From: Bugula neritina
Taxonomy: Eukaryota; Animalia; Bryozoa
Assembly: GCA_964035545.1 (NCBI GenBank)
Contig: OZ037765.1
Location: 31,743,504-31,807,503 of the forward strand
Direction of reading: 5' to 3'
Length of the DNA: 64,000 nt
The notes below the pieces were generated by a model. That model ran no database searches and was not told the origin of the DNA. It was given only the letters and a program-made list of their open reading frames with translations. The position numbers and the translations under genes are program-made. Positions 27,851-61,399 of this stretch are shown here, in pieces; position 1 is the stretch's first letter, and every line of letters starts with the position of its first letter.

Positions 27851-30444
27851 TGACTCACTAGTATTTGTGTACACGTCACAATAGTTGAGTATATGCCAGT
27901 CTATTCGGGTCACATAGCTACTAAGCTCCACCCCATTTATCGAATCTGATTGGATAACTGCAATGACACCAAGAGTAATAATAAATACTGGGTGGGTGCC
28001 TAGGATTAGCTCATCCATTCTTCATTCATAAGTATCAGTATAGGAGCGCACAACTCATACCAGCTAGATTCTTATCTTGACATTAACTTTTAAGCTAAAT
28101 CACCCTGGCAAATTTACAGATCGGTTGGGCTTGCGAGTTCCTATAATAACTATTCAAACAGAATAGTGTTTGCTTTAAACTTCTAGTTTGAGATAGAATT
28201 GCTCAAATTTTTATAGGTGGTGTTCAAACTGCAGCTAATTAGCAGTTCACAAATAATTGTAGGTAAAAAATCTTATTAAATAAATAGCCGACAAGCTAAA
28301 TATTTGATTTTTAATTCAATGCCAAAATACTAAAATTAGCAGTTGGTCATTTTCACTAACTTCAAATGCAACAAACCATTATTAAATTATGAGCTGCCGG
28401 TCGATTTTATCAGGATTCATAAGTGTACTAACTGCCCGCCTAGATTGACATGAAGTTTCATACAGGTTTATTTTTTAGTGTAGTTTTTTTTCCACCAAAA
28501 TTGTTCACACCATTTACAGCGTGAAACTCTTTCACCCTTTCTAGGAGAGAGTTAATATAAGTAAGAAACATTTTACACTATGTGGTTGTGAGAATAGCTA
28601 ATATACGAAAGTAAAATATGTGAATATCTAAATAGAACCCTGCCACCTGAGGGTTGTTACTGCTGTGTCCTGGCTAAATGTGTATGTTTGTTTTACTCAT
28701 TATGTGAAAGTTAATGCATTTATTTTCTCAGTCATCAGTTTGAGTGCAATATCAGAATGTGCTTGATTGTAAAGCAGTCAGCTAGTTGTTATAGTGAGTG
28801 CAGTCAGTGCAGAATAAAACATTTTACTCTTTCTCATACTTAAGCAATCCACCTTGTTACACTTACTAGAATAGTCATGAGGATAAAAAAAGTAACATTT
28901 TAATGTGAAAAGTGACAAAACAAGTGCTAAAAATACAAGAAAAAATGGTGACTCGTAGCTGTTGAAATATGTGACAACACAAAGGCAGCTGTGGATTTAT
29001 GCTTAGTGTGGCAATGTCTGTAAAATTGTATAACGGCTTTTGCAAATGATGATTGATCTAAATGAAATATTATAACACAGGTTGAACTGCTCTGTGGTTA
29101 CCCTTGTGGCTATCAATAAACTGGCAGCAAAGTGTCAGTAAGCTAAGTAATGGAACTAAATTTATGAAATTTCATTATTACTATCAAGGATGCTACAATA
29201 AGTAAAGCACAGCAGCCAAAAACTGTTCAAGTAGCAAGTAGCAACAGTTTTATGATTTCAGTCTGGGTTTTTAGATTATTAATAGTTGCTACAAGAAATA
29301 TACCTATATAAAATAGTTGACTAGCTAAATTTATGGTCCCCTGTCACTTTAGAGTGCCTTTAAAAATAGAAAATGCTGTGAAAATGTTATTAAATAATCT
29401 AATAATGGCCGAAAGTCTTTGTAACAAGTAAAAAATTGGGGTTAACTAACTTGAAAAAACCTGATGCTGTAGCCACAAGCTCAAACTGAATTTTACAATT
29501 TGTGGCTTTCACATCAGAATATTCTACTTCTTTAGCCCTTGCTCTGAAAAGCTTGGACACTCCTGATCCAAGCCCTAAGGTATTTTATTACTTTCCAAGA
29601 CTGGCTTTGGCAAAAAATTGTTCAGCTTTACATAATATGGCCCTCTAGATATTCAAGTTGGTTAAAAGATAGTTGTCAACAAACTATTTTTGTTTAAGTA
29701 TAGTAAGCTCAACCTAAACTTTAAAGGCATTCTACTACATGTTTATAAATTATGCAAAACACTAAATTTTGACGTTGAATGTTGCAATTATCGTTTAATG
29801 GGGAAAACATTATTTAGGGATTACCCTAGTTTTATCAGACTATATAACTACTACTACTTTGGCTTTCTAGTTTATTTATTGTCATTATTAACTGTAGCTT
29901 ATGCAGTATTTAAAATTACTGATAATTTTTTGAATTGCTTCTCCTGTGATTATCTCGTAAGTTTCAAGTGACACAAACCAAGCCCGTAATTTTTTTTTTC
30001 TTTTTTTATTCATATATAACTAAGTTCTATAAGTTCTATATAGCTAGTTTTATAAGTATGAATTATTCATTTTATTAACTTCAGAAATATTTTTTGTTAC
30101 ATCTTTACAAGATTGAAATTAAGATAAGAATCTTATTATAGCTGCCACAATATGAAGTAGGTGCAGTAATGGAGATATTGGAAACCACATGTAATAATTT
30201 GGCTGAAAGATTTCTATGCAAGTAGCTAGTAAAGAAAATGGGTTAATTGCATTCTGAAATAAATGTAAAAAGAAACCTCAAAAATGAAAACTATTTCACA
30301 GCTCTGTTTAAACAATATACTTCACTAGCACTATAATAATTGCTTAACCATAAGCATTAGGTTACCACCCAGTCTAGGTTAGACTAAGGTTGCTTTTGTA
30401 TTGTTAATAGAGGGCCCTGTCTATCTTTCATTATTATATATGTC

Positions 30445-31358
30445 TATTGAGCCATATAATATATGAATAGGTTAGGGCTAATGATAAATGATCTTTAACA
30501 TACCAAGCAGTATAGCCACTATAAAACCAAAAGGAGGTATACCACGTCAATATTGCCCTGACTAGCAGTAGTAATAGTTGTATATAGTTATAGAAGTATA
30601 GTACACCAGAATTACTGAAAAAAGCTAATTAAGGTAAGATTTTACATGCATTGGCTAACAGAAATTTACAGTTGCCGAATGTTATTCTACGATCCAATGT
30701 TTTAATTTATAATGGTAGATCTGCTATGCTCTGCTAAACTAAAACTTTTTATTATAGCTTGAAATTATTGTTGAAATTTGAAATAGCTATCTACGCTTTT
30801 TATAATACATATAATCCCCTCATGCCTTTTTGGCTATTTTCATTATTTACCATATTAGCTAAATCAGCTATATTACGGTAAAGATTTTCTCCATCAAAAT
30901 TATTTCATCAATAATTTTTTTCAATACTGAAACATATCAGCACAGAAATTTAAAAATTTGATACTTCAAAATTTAATTTCTTTTACTTCTTATGCAAAAA
31001 GCAAAATGTCAACATTTATAAGAATGTCGAAAATTAATATTGTTTTTGCCCATTTTTCAAAAATACTTTTTACTTGAATCTATAAATTAAAACTTGAATT
31101 TAGTAATTAATATTTAAATGCATAAAGTATGTCAGTTATGAATAATCTATAAATATAATTTTTACAGGTCAGCCAGTAAACTATATTGCTGCAACTATGA
31201 ATAACCTGTTGCAGCAGCAGCACAACTTTGCTAGTCAACTATAATAATGCATTTTGATAAAATTTGAAGAGTTTTACATTATAAGACTTCGCTAAAATAC
31301 GCTTATCCTAGATTTATGTAAAAAGTTGTAAATAATTGTTCTGGTATTAACCATTTGG
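30445..31358 (+). repeat. ~0.91-kb direct repeat, copy 2, ending 280 bp upstream of the gene C ATG
   Basis: Aligns with 26571-27521, with scattered substitutions and three short deletions. Confidence 0.93.
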
Positions 31359-31378
31359 TACGTTCAGCTCTATAAAGT

Positions 31379-31393
31379 TGGTTTCTAAGCAAC
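31379..31393. promoter_or_regulatory. Candidate RFX X-box upstream of gene C
   Basis: tggtttctaagcaac about 250 bp upstream of the ATG, next to tataaa at 31371. Confidence 0.45.
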
Positions 31394-31637
31394 CGTTGAT
31401 CAATAAATCATCTTTATATTTCACGGTTTTATGAGCATATCTTGTATTTTAGTCTTTCATAAGACTGCTTGAACTACGCCTGCAGTAAGTAGTTATACAT
31501 ATTTGTAAATTGTACAGCTAGTGACTCCCATATAGTTTAACTACAACAGAATCTAAGAGTAGTGAAGTTTGGACACCTGTGAGTTACACTGCTAAATTAT
31601 ACCTAGTAAACTGACTACTTTGCCAGAGGAGTGAGTC

Positions 31638-51067
<19,430 letters not shown>

Positions 51068-52327
51068 TGGCAGCTCAGATGCTGTACAAACTTAAACATA
51101 ACCAAATCTAGTAATTGTCTACTCATGAAACTCGAGTGTTGAATAGGTTTTTGATAACAAAGAGCTGTTAGAATGTCACTTTCTTGAGACTAGACTATTA
51201 ATACAAATTAAAGAAAACATTATAAATTTGTAACTCCTATCTTTGGTATAACAGAGACAAGTTTAAATTTTTACAGCCATTTTGTTGTTAAGTTATAATA
51301 TTTCAGTGCGGTAAAATGTCAGAGTATTGATTTACACTTTAGTAATTAATATTATGTTATAAAATCTAGATAAATTATTGTTTTCAGCTTATTATCTGAT
51401 GATATTTAAGTATTGATTCATTTACTTAATTTGTATTTGAATGAAATAAAATAAATAAAAAAAAATGAAATAAAATCAATCAACACTTGTATCTTTTTTA
51501 AAAAAATTGTTTTTATTTCTCTAGAAAATATAAAGTTTAACTGGGCTACATAAGCAACATTTAGATTGACCAAATCGAAAGCAGTATCTATATCACATAT
51601 AATTGATAGCAAAATAACAAACTTGCTGCAAAACATATAAATGAAATCGAATTTAAATTTCATGAGAGCATGTTTATTTAGTCTCTAAACATAATTAGCT
51701 TTATTTATGCATGCTGATACCAAATAATTGTATTATCTATACCATAAAATAAATACAGGTTTACATATAATTTTAATATATTTACTTCTACCTGTGCATA
51801 TATATAAGTATAAATACATAGGTGGAAGTTATCAAAGGAGGTAAATTATTGACTTATGCTGGCATGAAAAAAGACATATGGCCTGAAATATGTAATTGTG
51901 AATAATAGTAGCCACCAGGCCTTATACTATAATTCTTACAATGCAACATATCTTGTTTTCACCAGACGTATTACTCTACTTTGATTGGCTTCGTTTCATG
52001 AAGAGGATGTAGCTGAATTTTCATTGTCGAATATGTTGGTCTCGCATGTGAAGCCTAGAAAGTGGAAGTTCTATAAAGTCTCCAAGATAACCAAATACAG
52101 AAAACCTTTTTATATTTAGATAGACAAGACTGACCATACTTAGATCACTATATATAGCTCAGTCATAAACTAACTATATACAACTCAGTTGCTCAGACAC
52201 AACTTCTTCTGTGAGTAGTGTAATCTTTATAAAACTTCAACCTATCAGCATTTGTGGGTTACTTTTGCAAAACTTAGTATAATACTAGGTTCAGGTTGGT
52301 AACAGAAAGTAAGCTATCAACGTCATA

Positions 52328-53645
52328 GGGGTAACGGGGGCACAACGGTCATAGGGGTACAAAAAGACGGCTGAATTGTGAGAGAACTTATTGACTTAGA
52401 GTTGTGATTTTTTCTCCATAAAAAGATATTGACATAATTATTTAGCCTTTGTAGTTTCAACACTTGCGGAACATACGTGTTGAAAAGGCGAGTAAAAAAC
52501 TGTTTTTACCTACTTTTTGTAAATTTTTTAGGATGTCGTTGAAGCCTTATAACTTTTTACACTCAAAGGCAAGAAGCCTAGATGTTACTAATATTGTTGC
52601 CATTGCTTGTCTCTACAATGCTTAACTATTATAACAGCAAACACTGAAATGAATTTTCCTTGAGGCACATTTATTTTCAATTTGGCCACACGGGGCACAA
52701 TGGGCCACGCTGACCGGGGCACAATGGGCCACCTGATTATTGCACCCTGATCACTGTTATTAGTTTCTTTGCCCAAAAATTTGGTTGAAATGTTACTAAA
52801 ATCTATAGATATAGCCATTTCTGACCTTTTTGTAAAATATCAAAGACATCATGATAAGACTACAAAACTACAAGTTAAAGCTCTCCTAATACATACATCT
52901 GGTGAGGTTGAAGCTTTGCAATTTTATACATAATACAAAACACTCTGCTGTTGCTACTAGTAGATAGTCATGATAATCATTATATATTACACCATTGAGA
53001 GAATATACATGCATTTGACTGAAATAAATTGTGATTTGCTCATTTGCTCCCCCCTCTCCCACCCGTACTCCAGTCACAAACCTCAGCCATGCATGCACCT
53101 TAGCTACAGTTCATTGAAAAAAGTTCACTCAGAATTTTTTAGTACATTTTAGTAAAGTTTTTTTTTAATAAACGTTGCTCTGAAGTAAAAATAACAAAAC
53201 ATTTTTAGTTTTAAACAGTAATGATAATGGCACTGCAGAACCGAGTGACGTGCGTTTGATTTTGCCTCCGTCTGCTATCCGTAGTGGCACAAACTGTACA
53301 GCTAAATCATGAATTTTGCTGTAAATCTAAAAGAGTATCTTTATTTATTTGTATTATTAAATAAATAAAGATTAGATATAACAAAATACGCAAAATTTCC
53401 ATATATTTGTTGTGTCCCACCCAGTGGCCCATTGTACCCCGGTACCGGGGCACAATGGGCCAATTTTTTCGACATGAAAATTTCGTTATTCTGAAAGTTG
53501 TGAAAGAGATAGAAACAACAAACTGATACCTGTAATAGACAACAGATGTAGCATTAAGACTAGAGATTATTGAACTAGTAACTTGAAAAACAGACGAATG
53601 AGAGCAACAAATGCAAAATTCGGCCCGTTGTGCCCCCGTTACCCC
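52328..53645. mobile_element. 1.3-kb non-autonomous DNA transposon with TA TSD
   Basis: Perfect 21-bp TIR ggggtaacgggggcacaacgg, TA on both sides. Internal ggggcacaatgggcca motifs at ~52691, ~52716 and 53425-53462 (palindromic pair). No transposase ORF. Confidence 0.9.
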
Positions 53646-55480
53646 TATATATTTTACGGGTGGCAGCTTAATTTCTCGCAACATGCTGTAGCTTCCACAT
53701 ATGATTATAGCAGAAAGGAAAGTCTGTGGATTAAAGTTGTCTCCATCTTCATTCCACGAGTTGTTGGAGTTGCATTTCCAGTTAGTGAGTTGACTTTTAA
53801 AAACAAAAAAAAAAGCAAAATTTTACAGTGAACAATAGTTTCAATTTAAAGAGTATATGCAATTTGATATACATAAAAATATTATGAAATTAATTCTTAG
53901 CGATTACATTAATTCAGAACTTGACATATAATTATTATTCTAGTTTTTCAATTTGCTCAGTCGTTGAGTCCACAAGAGTCCACTTACACATGACGTTTTT
54001 TACTCTTGAAGTAATTTCAAAGCATTGCAGGTTGTTGACCCGAATAAGCACCAAAGGTCATTTTAGTGTTATAGTGATCGGCTATAATCATGTGTAGAGT
54101 GGCATCTTCTAACTGAATAGCAACCTGTAGTAAATTAATAACATTTTGTGATAACCCGTTGCAGAAAGATTGAATTTTCTATTAAAATTCACTTATTTTT
54201 AGTCTTGGTTAAGGATCGCTAGCAATTTTCCTATGAAGCTAGGCTTACAAAGAGAAGTGTTTCTGTGTGAGTAGCCATTTCTGGAGTTATTTGCATGTAA
54301 GCTGTACCTATAGCACCGTCACTGCATGGTCTGTTAACACAGTCGCTTTGGTGAACTGGCTTCATGATGTAGCAAAGAGGTTTTGCTAAAAGCCTTGCTT
54401 TTTTTGTTGATGTTTATTAAATTATGTTGTGTTGTGCTTTATTGACGGTTTATTTCCTGTTTTTCTGTATTGTCAGTAAGAGTGTTGTGCACTGGTAGTT
54501 TGTGTTTGAAGGAATCTCATGTTAATATTTTGGGCAGATTAAACCACGTCGTTTGCGCACAGACTATTATCCAATTAGCAAGCAGAAGCGGTATAACTGG
54601 GAGGAGTCTGTGCATCTACATATTTATAAGAACAATAAAAGAACACGATTCCAGCATAATATGCATTGAATGGAAAACTAGTTGCTTAACATTTTTCCAT
54701 AGTGCAACACAAATACCCTTTAAGTGACAAGTATATGCTGTAATTAGTACAAGGCTCTAAATTGATGAGGGGTAACTTTTATATTTTCAAAGCACAAAAC
54801 TTTATAATTAATGTTCATACAAGCTGTCAACTGAGAGCCTCATGTATCACCATTAAGCTCTCACATATCATACAATGATTTAGGTCAGTAGGTGGAGCAC
54901 TAGTTTTTGCACTGTTTTCGACTAAACTAGCGTTAAGAAAACAAATTTTATCCAGAAGTTAAAGACCACTAGAGAAATCAAACACTATTATAGGTAAGTT
55001 CTTATTTATCAACAATGTTTGCTAAAGCTAAAAGCAAAAATTATATTTATTACTTTTATAGTAACTACAGCTCAAGTATATAATCGTGTGATTGATTTCT
55101 AAAACTTCAAAACAGTAAAAAAAGTCCTTTAATTCTCTAAGGTTTTGGTGACTTCTATTCATAATGACCCTGGAGTAAAATATACATGCCTTCAGGGGAA
55201 ATAGGTTCAAACCTCTATAAGCCAATTCTAGCAAACCTTTTTCAGCAAGTTTTTGGCTTTATTCAGTTCAACTCTCAACGCAAAGAATAGCAAGTTTGTG
55301 TATTACATTTCATTAGTAGCTACACAGTGCAGCTGGGTCCTCAACAATTTGACATTATATAGCTTATGCATTATGCAGTCAATAATTATTAGTTTACGCA
55401 GCGGCTAGATTCATTTGATGTCTCTCATATAATATAGCATTGCACTGCACTGTAGCACTGAAGTGGTTGAGTGGTGAGTC

Positions 55481-58400
55481 ATGAAGTTCTACACAGAAAC
55501 CTCTGAGTCATCAGATTCTGAGGAAGAACCAAACATATTTCTAAACTCAGAAGAATATGTTCCTACAGAGGAAGATAAAGAATATAAAGGATGGAGACAT
55601 CTCATACCTTTCAGAAGAAAACCAAAGTGAGTAATAATAAACATATTGACAATGATTTTAGAATAAAAACCAGCTGTGAATGACTACATATAACTAGCTC
55701 ACAGACAAGCCTGGCTGTGTAAGTTCCTATAACATTACAGTTCCTAAACACTACATGCAAGAAAATACTTTATAACTTTACAATCAAAGAATTTCGAGTT
55801 TGAATATAATGAATTTTATAGAAAATTTATGGCGTTTTTAGAGGTGATTAGTATTCACCCACATATGTGACAAGTTTTAATAAAAACATTATTTCACTGC
55901 AATAAAAATACATTATAGCCTATAATACACATGCTGATTTGTAAAATAAATTTATATTACTAGAGAGTCAAAGAAAATACCATTGGAACATGCCGGAATA
56001 TTCAGTTTTCTTGGCACCAGCTGGCTCAGCAGCTTCTTATACCAAACTTACAGGAGAGGAGTGAGACAAGAAGATCTTTATGACGTCTCATGGCATGACT
56101 CAGCAGAATATAATTGTCAAGTGTTAGCTGTCCTCTAATTACTCTATATAACCATAAGTTACATAACTGACCTTGTTAGCATACCAGCTCGCAAGCCAGA
56201 TGTCTGCGGTTTAAATCCCTGTATAGAGCCAAAATTATTTTACAGTTATTTATAATTGTTTTTCATAAGGTAAACTAATTCAGGTATAATAATAGAATTA
56301 ATACTATATAAATCTAGAAATGATAATAAAATCTTTAGAAATCATTATTTGATTATATGTCCATGCTATGGTAACACTTGGAAGCATCATTTCATAGCTA
56401 TCCATCATTGGCTAAATTCACAATGATAAAATGCTAGTAAAAAAGTAACTAAAGATGTCCACAACTATTAAACTTTCTAACAGCTAAAAAAATTGATTTC
56501 TGTAGAGCTGAAAGTTTATGGAACAAAGAAGTGGCTGCAGTCGGAATAGAAAAAGCTTCTGTAGCTAAAGTGATTTTCCAGATGGTTAAAGGGAGACTCA
56601 TTATAGCAATAATATTCTGCTTGATTTTCAACACACTGGCTATTCTCCGTTCAGTGAGTACTCATAATATATAGCTATCAACAATGTTTCTAAAACTAAA
56701 GTTAATATGTAATACAAAAAAAATTGTATTGCTTCGTAAGAAAGTTTTAATAATTAACCTGCATGAATTAGTAAAACTTAAAGTATTAAAGGTGAAATGA
56801 AATAAGACATGAAGAACTATAAAGGAACTTTTTTCTAAATTGAAGGCTTTTAATAAAACTGAGTATGCTTAGAGCAACTTATTGAAATAATTTGTTTAAT
56901 TTGTTAAGTTACTATAGAAATTCACAACTAAAGAAATTGGGATCTTTAGGTTATTATACATTGTTTTATAATATAAATATTGTTTGTACAAATAAAATTA
57001 GTTTCTTCCCTACTAAGTCTTTTAAGCTTGAAAATACTTACAAACCGGTTTAAAATTTTTTTTCTGTTTTGCTCTACATAGAAGCACTATTTTAGGCAGA
57101 CAACACAATATATTATGGTCAAAATTATTGCTAAAATGTTATTATGATACAATAATCAGCCTTTAAACTAAAGTTTTATGATGCATGATGCACAAATAAG
57201 GTCATATAATTTATATGTTGTTTTTGCCAAAGTTCAAATGTATATACTTGTGTTGAAAATTAAAACTTTTTCCCTGCAGATTGCGACAAATATAAAAACA
57301 ATTTAAATAGTTTCATAAATGAAATTTAATATTATTACAGTATAATTATAAAGATTCCGTCAAAAATCACAAATCACAAATTTATACATATTTAGAAAAT
57401 TAATCACCTTGATAAAATTGTTTGTAGCAAAATATTCTTTGCTAGCTTTAACTTTGACAGCACTTCGCATATTTATTGGTTCTATTATTTGACCTAGCTG
57501 AAAAGTTGTAAATCTTTACTGCAAACCATGGTTTGCAGTAAAAATTTACAACTTTTCAGCTAGGTCAAATAATATGATTGCAATCAGCATCAAACTTGTT
57601 GTAGGCATATTTTCTCCAAAACATATTGATTCTAATGCAATCCTCTGAGAATACTCTGCCTACTCAAATTGTATACTTGGTACTTCTTGCCATGTGTTCG
57701 GTTGGCCGAACTTTACTTCTACAAGCCGCTGTCACCATTATGAACTTGGCAGGTAAATAGAAACTTTTGAGATATTTATTAAAAGAATAATAGCTTGGGA
57801 ACTTTTAGAATATTTTTTACGATGAAATCAGGTTATTTCTTTTTTTCTATTTCCAGTATTTTTTTATTGGGCTGATGAGAAGTTATTATAAAACTTATTA
57901 TAAGTACCGTCACCAAATTATTCATCATTGATGTCAAAGCATATCAATTTTTTAGCCATTAGAGTCAGGAGTGGAATAGTCTCACTCATCTTTCAAAAGA
58001 TTTTTCACAGAAATTATTTATCTACTGCTGTTGGCCAAGTAAGTTGATTATTACTCATTGTATTCCTTGGATGGTGTTACAAGCTTAACTGTTGTAATCC
58101 CTGCTTTGTAGCTTTCAAGTAATGCTAGTAGTTATGTGAACATTTCTATTTATACCTCCACAGAAATTGGTAGCTCCTCTAGAAGATATCGAACTATCAA
58201 ATATAGAGGGATATGAGGCAGAGATAGCTTTTTGCTACATCTTGTAAATCGTTTAAATGAGCTTCTATTTTAAATAATTCAACAGACTTTTGACATTTTT
58301 TTCTTTCATTTTTGTTTATGCCTACTTACATTATAGCCAGTATTTACACTGAATTTAGCACCGTGTTAGTGTGTCTGTGATATGCAATAAATCAATCAAT

Positions 58401-60273
58401 CTTTGAATACGGTGTTGATTAGATTTCCGTATTGATTAAATTTCCCTATAGTTATCAATATCTTTCAGTAATAAACTTGTACGTATGCACTGTTAAGCCA
58501 AGTTTCTGGCATTTACCAAGAAAAATGTGGTGCTTCCAGTTTGCCATCTCACTCAATACCAGAGTTACTAGCAAAACACATCCAAAGTCTTAATTATAGA
58601 CTTGCATCTGCTTTCAATTGTAGTTGTTTAAATGATTGAAAATATATATCTGTTACCTAATGAACATGTATATGATGGAGTATTAAATCCTTAAATTTAT
58701 CAATTATTTATTTTACAAATGTAGTTACATGTGTGCTGCACTTGTTGTAGGCTGTGATAATGTGTGCTAATGATGTCCAAAGAATACACGATGTTGTGGT
58801 CAACTTTATGTATGTGTTTTCATGCATACCGGCTGTAGGCGCTGCAGTGTACAGCGTGTTCTTGCTAGAATTGTGGGGACTGTTTGGATTTATAGTATTC
58901 TTTAGCTTCTTCCCAGTGCAGGTTTGTAAACATAATGTTTATAGCTTTTATTGCTAGGTTATCGAATGCGGTTTTTATAGAAAAGAATCAATTTACTTAT
59001 ACCTGCAACAGAGAAATTAAGACTATGCGGTCACTATGCACTAGCAAGTAGCAATAAATTTGCTTAACCATGAAAATAAAATTTTTTATAATTTAAAATT
59101 AAGTAAATTTTGAATTGTAGCTGATTTGCTCTGTTGTCAGGTATTTATTTAGCAATTTGAATTTTCTTTAAAAATCATCAGTGCATTTAGCAAATAATTT
59201 GATGATGCATTTATGAAATCTGTAATGCACCTATAGCAATGTACTTAGTAATGAGTTTAGAAATATAAATTTTGCAACGAAAAAAATTAGCAATAAATAA
59301 AGCAATTTATTTATATAATTGTAGCACAATATATACAAAAAATGTATAATGTATTTTGAGATGACATTTAATTTTCAGTCCATCCAGTTGCGCTCTATAA
59401 TTTTCAAATTATATAACATTATAGAGAACAATAAATCATGTTGACTAGCAATATTACGGATTTATATCTTTTCTGAAATGATAGTTATATGATCTACAAT
59501 GTTTTGATTTATACATTATAATGTTTTTATAATTTCCCCAGATGCCCATCAATTGGATATCTCACAGTTAGTTTGATAAATATTTGGCAATTTTTGCCTA
59601 GTGAATAAGCTTTAACAAATTACATCACAAACATTAAAATTATATAAGTATATTTTATTGGTCTAGGACATGAAATCCGCTTGAATGGTACAAAGCAAGT
59701 ATAAAAACATAACATACATGAAAAGATAGCAATCCGTAGCTGAAGGCTTTCATGGCATTGTCATTTTATTTTGTAGTTCTTTGTGTCAAAGATTTTATAT
59801 CATTACCGGATGGAAACCATTCTGCTCACTGAGCAGAGAGTAAAGCTGATGAGTGAAATAATCACAGCAGTGAAACTCGTCAAGATGTATGCCTGGGAGA
59901 AGTCATTTGCTGAGAAAGTACAAGGTAGATAAATTTGACCATCTATAAGTTGTATCACAGTTGTGATGTATCATATTAATTGTCATCAAGGCACAGTTAT
60001 CACCTGCAACTTAAAAAAGGTTGAGGCTATATGTACTAGCTTGTTTGTCCATGAACGCACACCACACACGCAGTGTAGTTTGTAATACACATTGTTTAAA
60101 GATAGTAGAAATTTCTGTTTTCAGAAATACGTTGCAAAGAAAAATCTGCGCTACAAAGCTCTATGATTGTGCAAAGTGTATTGGGTGTCATCCCTCATGT
60201 GGGACCAGTGCTTGCTGCCTCTCTGACAATACTATTGATGACACTGACAGGAAACGACATCACAGTTATTCAG
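55481..60273 (+). CDS. ABCC copy D, 5' part (exons 1-8: N-terminus, lasso, most of TMD1)
   Basis: ATG 55481 (MKFYTETSES...). Exons at about 55481-55626, 55964-56122, 56506-56653, 57605-57752, 57956-58018, 58751-58921, 59777-59924 and 60125-60273, colinear with A and C. The next expected exon is not recognised before 64000, so the gene either continues beyond the window or is truncated. Confidence 0.85.
57483..57574. repeat. 92-bp spacer-less palindrome in intron 3 of D
   Basis: 46-bp arms, one mismatch, centre cca|tgg. Confidence 0.95.
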
Positions 60274-61399
60274 GTATTGGAAGTACTATTCATGAATTTG
60301 AGTAAATTTTAGCTCAGTAGCTGACTCATAATCAAATGTTATAATAACTGTGGAAAATAATTATTACAGCTCCCTCAAAAAGTAGCTGCCATTAGCAAAC
60401 CAATATTTATTAAAGAAGCCCTTACCAGGTTATATGTTACCGTGTCTTGGCTATCAGATAAATGCAAATTTCAGGGTAATGTTTCTAAGTATCTTGGTTT
60501 CATAATAAACTTTATGCATACCTAGTGTTGTCATTAGCGCCTGCTGCACTATAGAACTGATATTAATTATCGCTAACTCGAACTCCTAGTATCTATAATG
60601 GTTGGATAGCTTCATTTGTTTGCCCTATAACCTAGTGTTTTAAACATTTAGGCCAGCTTAATTAAACATCGTAGGCATCCAGGTTATTTTGATAAAATCA
60701 ATTACTGTTAATTAAAAGATCATACTTTTTTAGTTGCATTCACAAAATATATACAAAAAATCTCAACTCAATATACCAGAAAAAATGAATTAAAATATAT
60801 GTGTTAATAGCACTGAGATTGACGTGACCGTGGCACATGAAAAATCTGAAAGAAGAGTTGTCTTCTATTTTTCTATATTGATATATAGAGCTTGTCGTGA
60901 AAATGAAGATTTTTTAAAAAAAATATTGTGATCCTCTGGTAACTTCCTGAATTTAGAAAATTAACTCATATGTTTCTTTTTATGTGGACAACAGCTCACT
61001 TTTTTTTAAATTTATTTTGAAGCTCTTTTCGTAAAAAATAATCAAAAGTAAAAAATCCAAAATTTTTACAAATTGGTTCGGGGCTTGACGTGAAAGGCAT
61101 TTGGACGAAGATGTCAAGGTCACCATTAATAAATTTATTTTATCACAATTCACAATACTGCACAGAAAGTTAATGAAGTGGGCTGAAAATTAGGTTGCTA
61201 GCATATTCATATTGATATGCATTATATTGATTGTTACAGTATTATTTTTTAAATGTGTTTTGTTATCAGTTATGTTTAACTTCTTTATAGAGCTGCTGTT
61301 AGACTAAGATTAAGACATAATATTAGCAACAATGAATGATTCAATGATAATATTAATAATTAATATCACTTTAATATTAAATTAAAATTATTATTAAAT

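Noticed and set aside
27518-28018. 109-aa and 143-aa ORFs on opposite strands
   Set aside because: Openness is explained by a 21-bp minisatellite; no recognisable domain.
26571-31358. LTR retrotransposon interpretation of the 0.9-kb direct repeats
   Set aside because: No TG...CA ends, primer-binding site, polypurine tract, TSD or gag/pol remnants recognised.
57866-57905. Other CTGATGA motifs (57872, ~59847, ~63870) as hammerheads
   Set aside because: No helix II plus GAAA plus NUH arrangement; the one at ~59847 is coding sequence.
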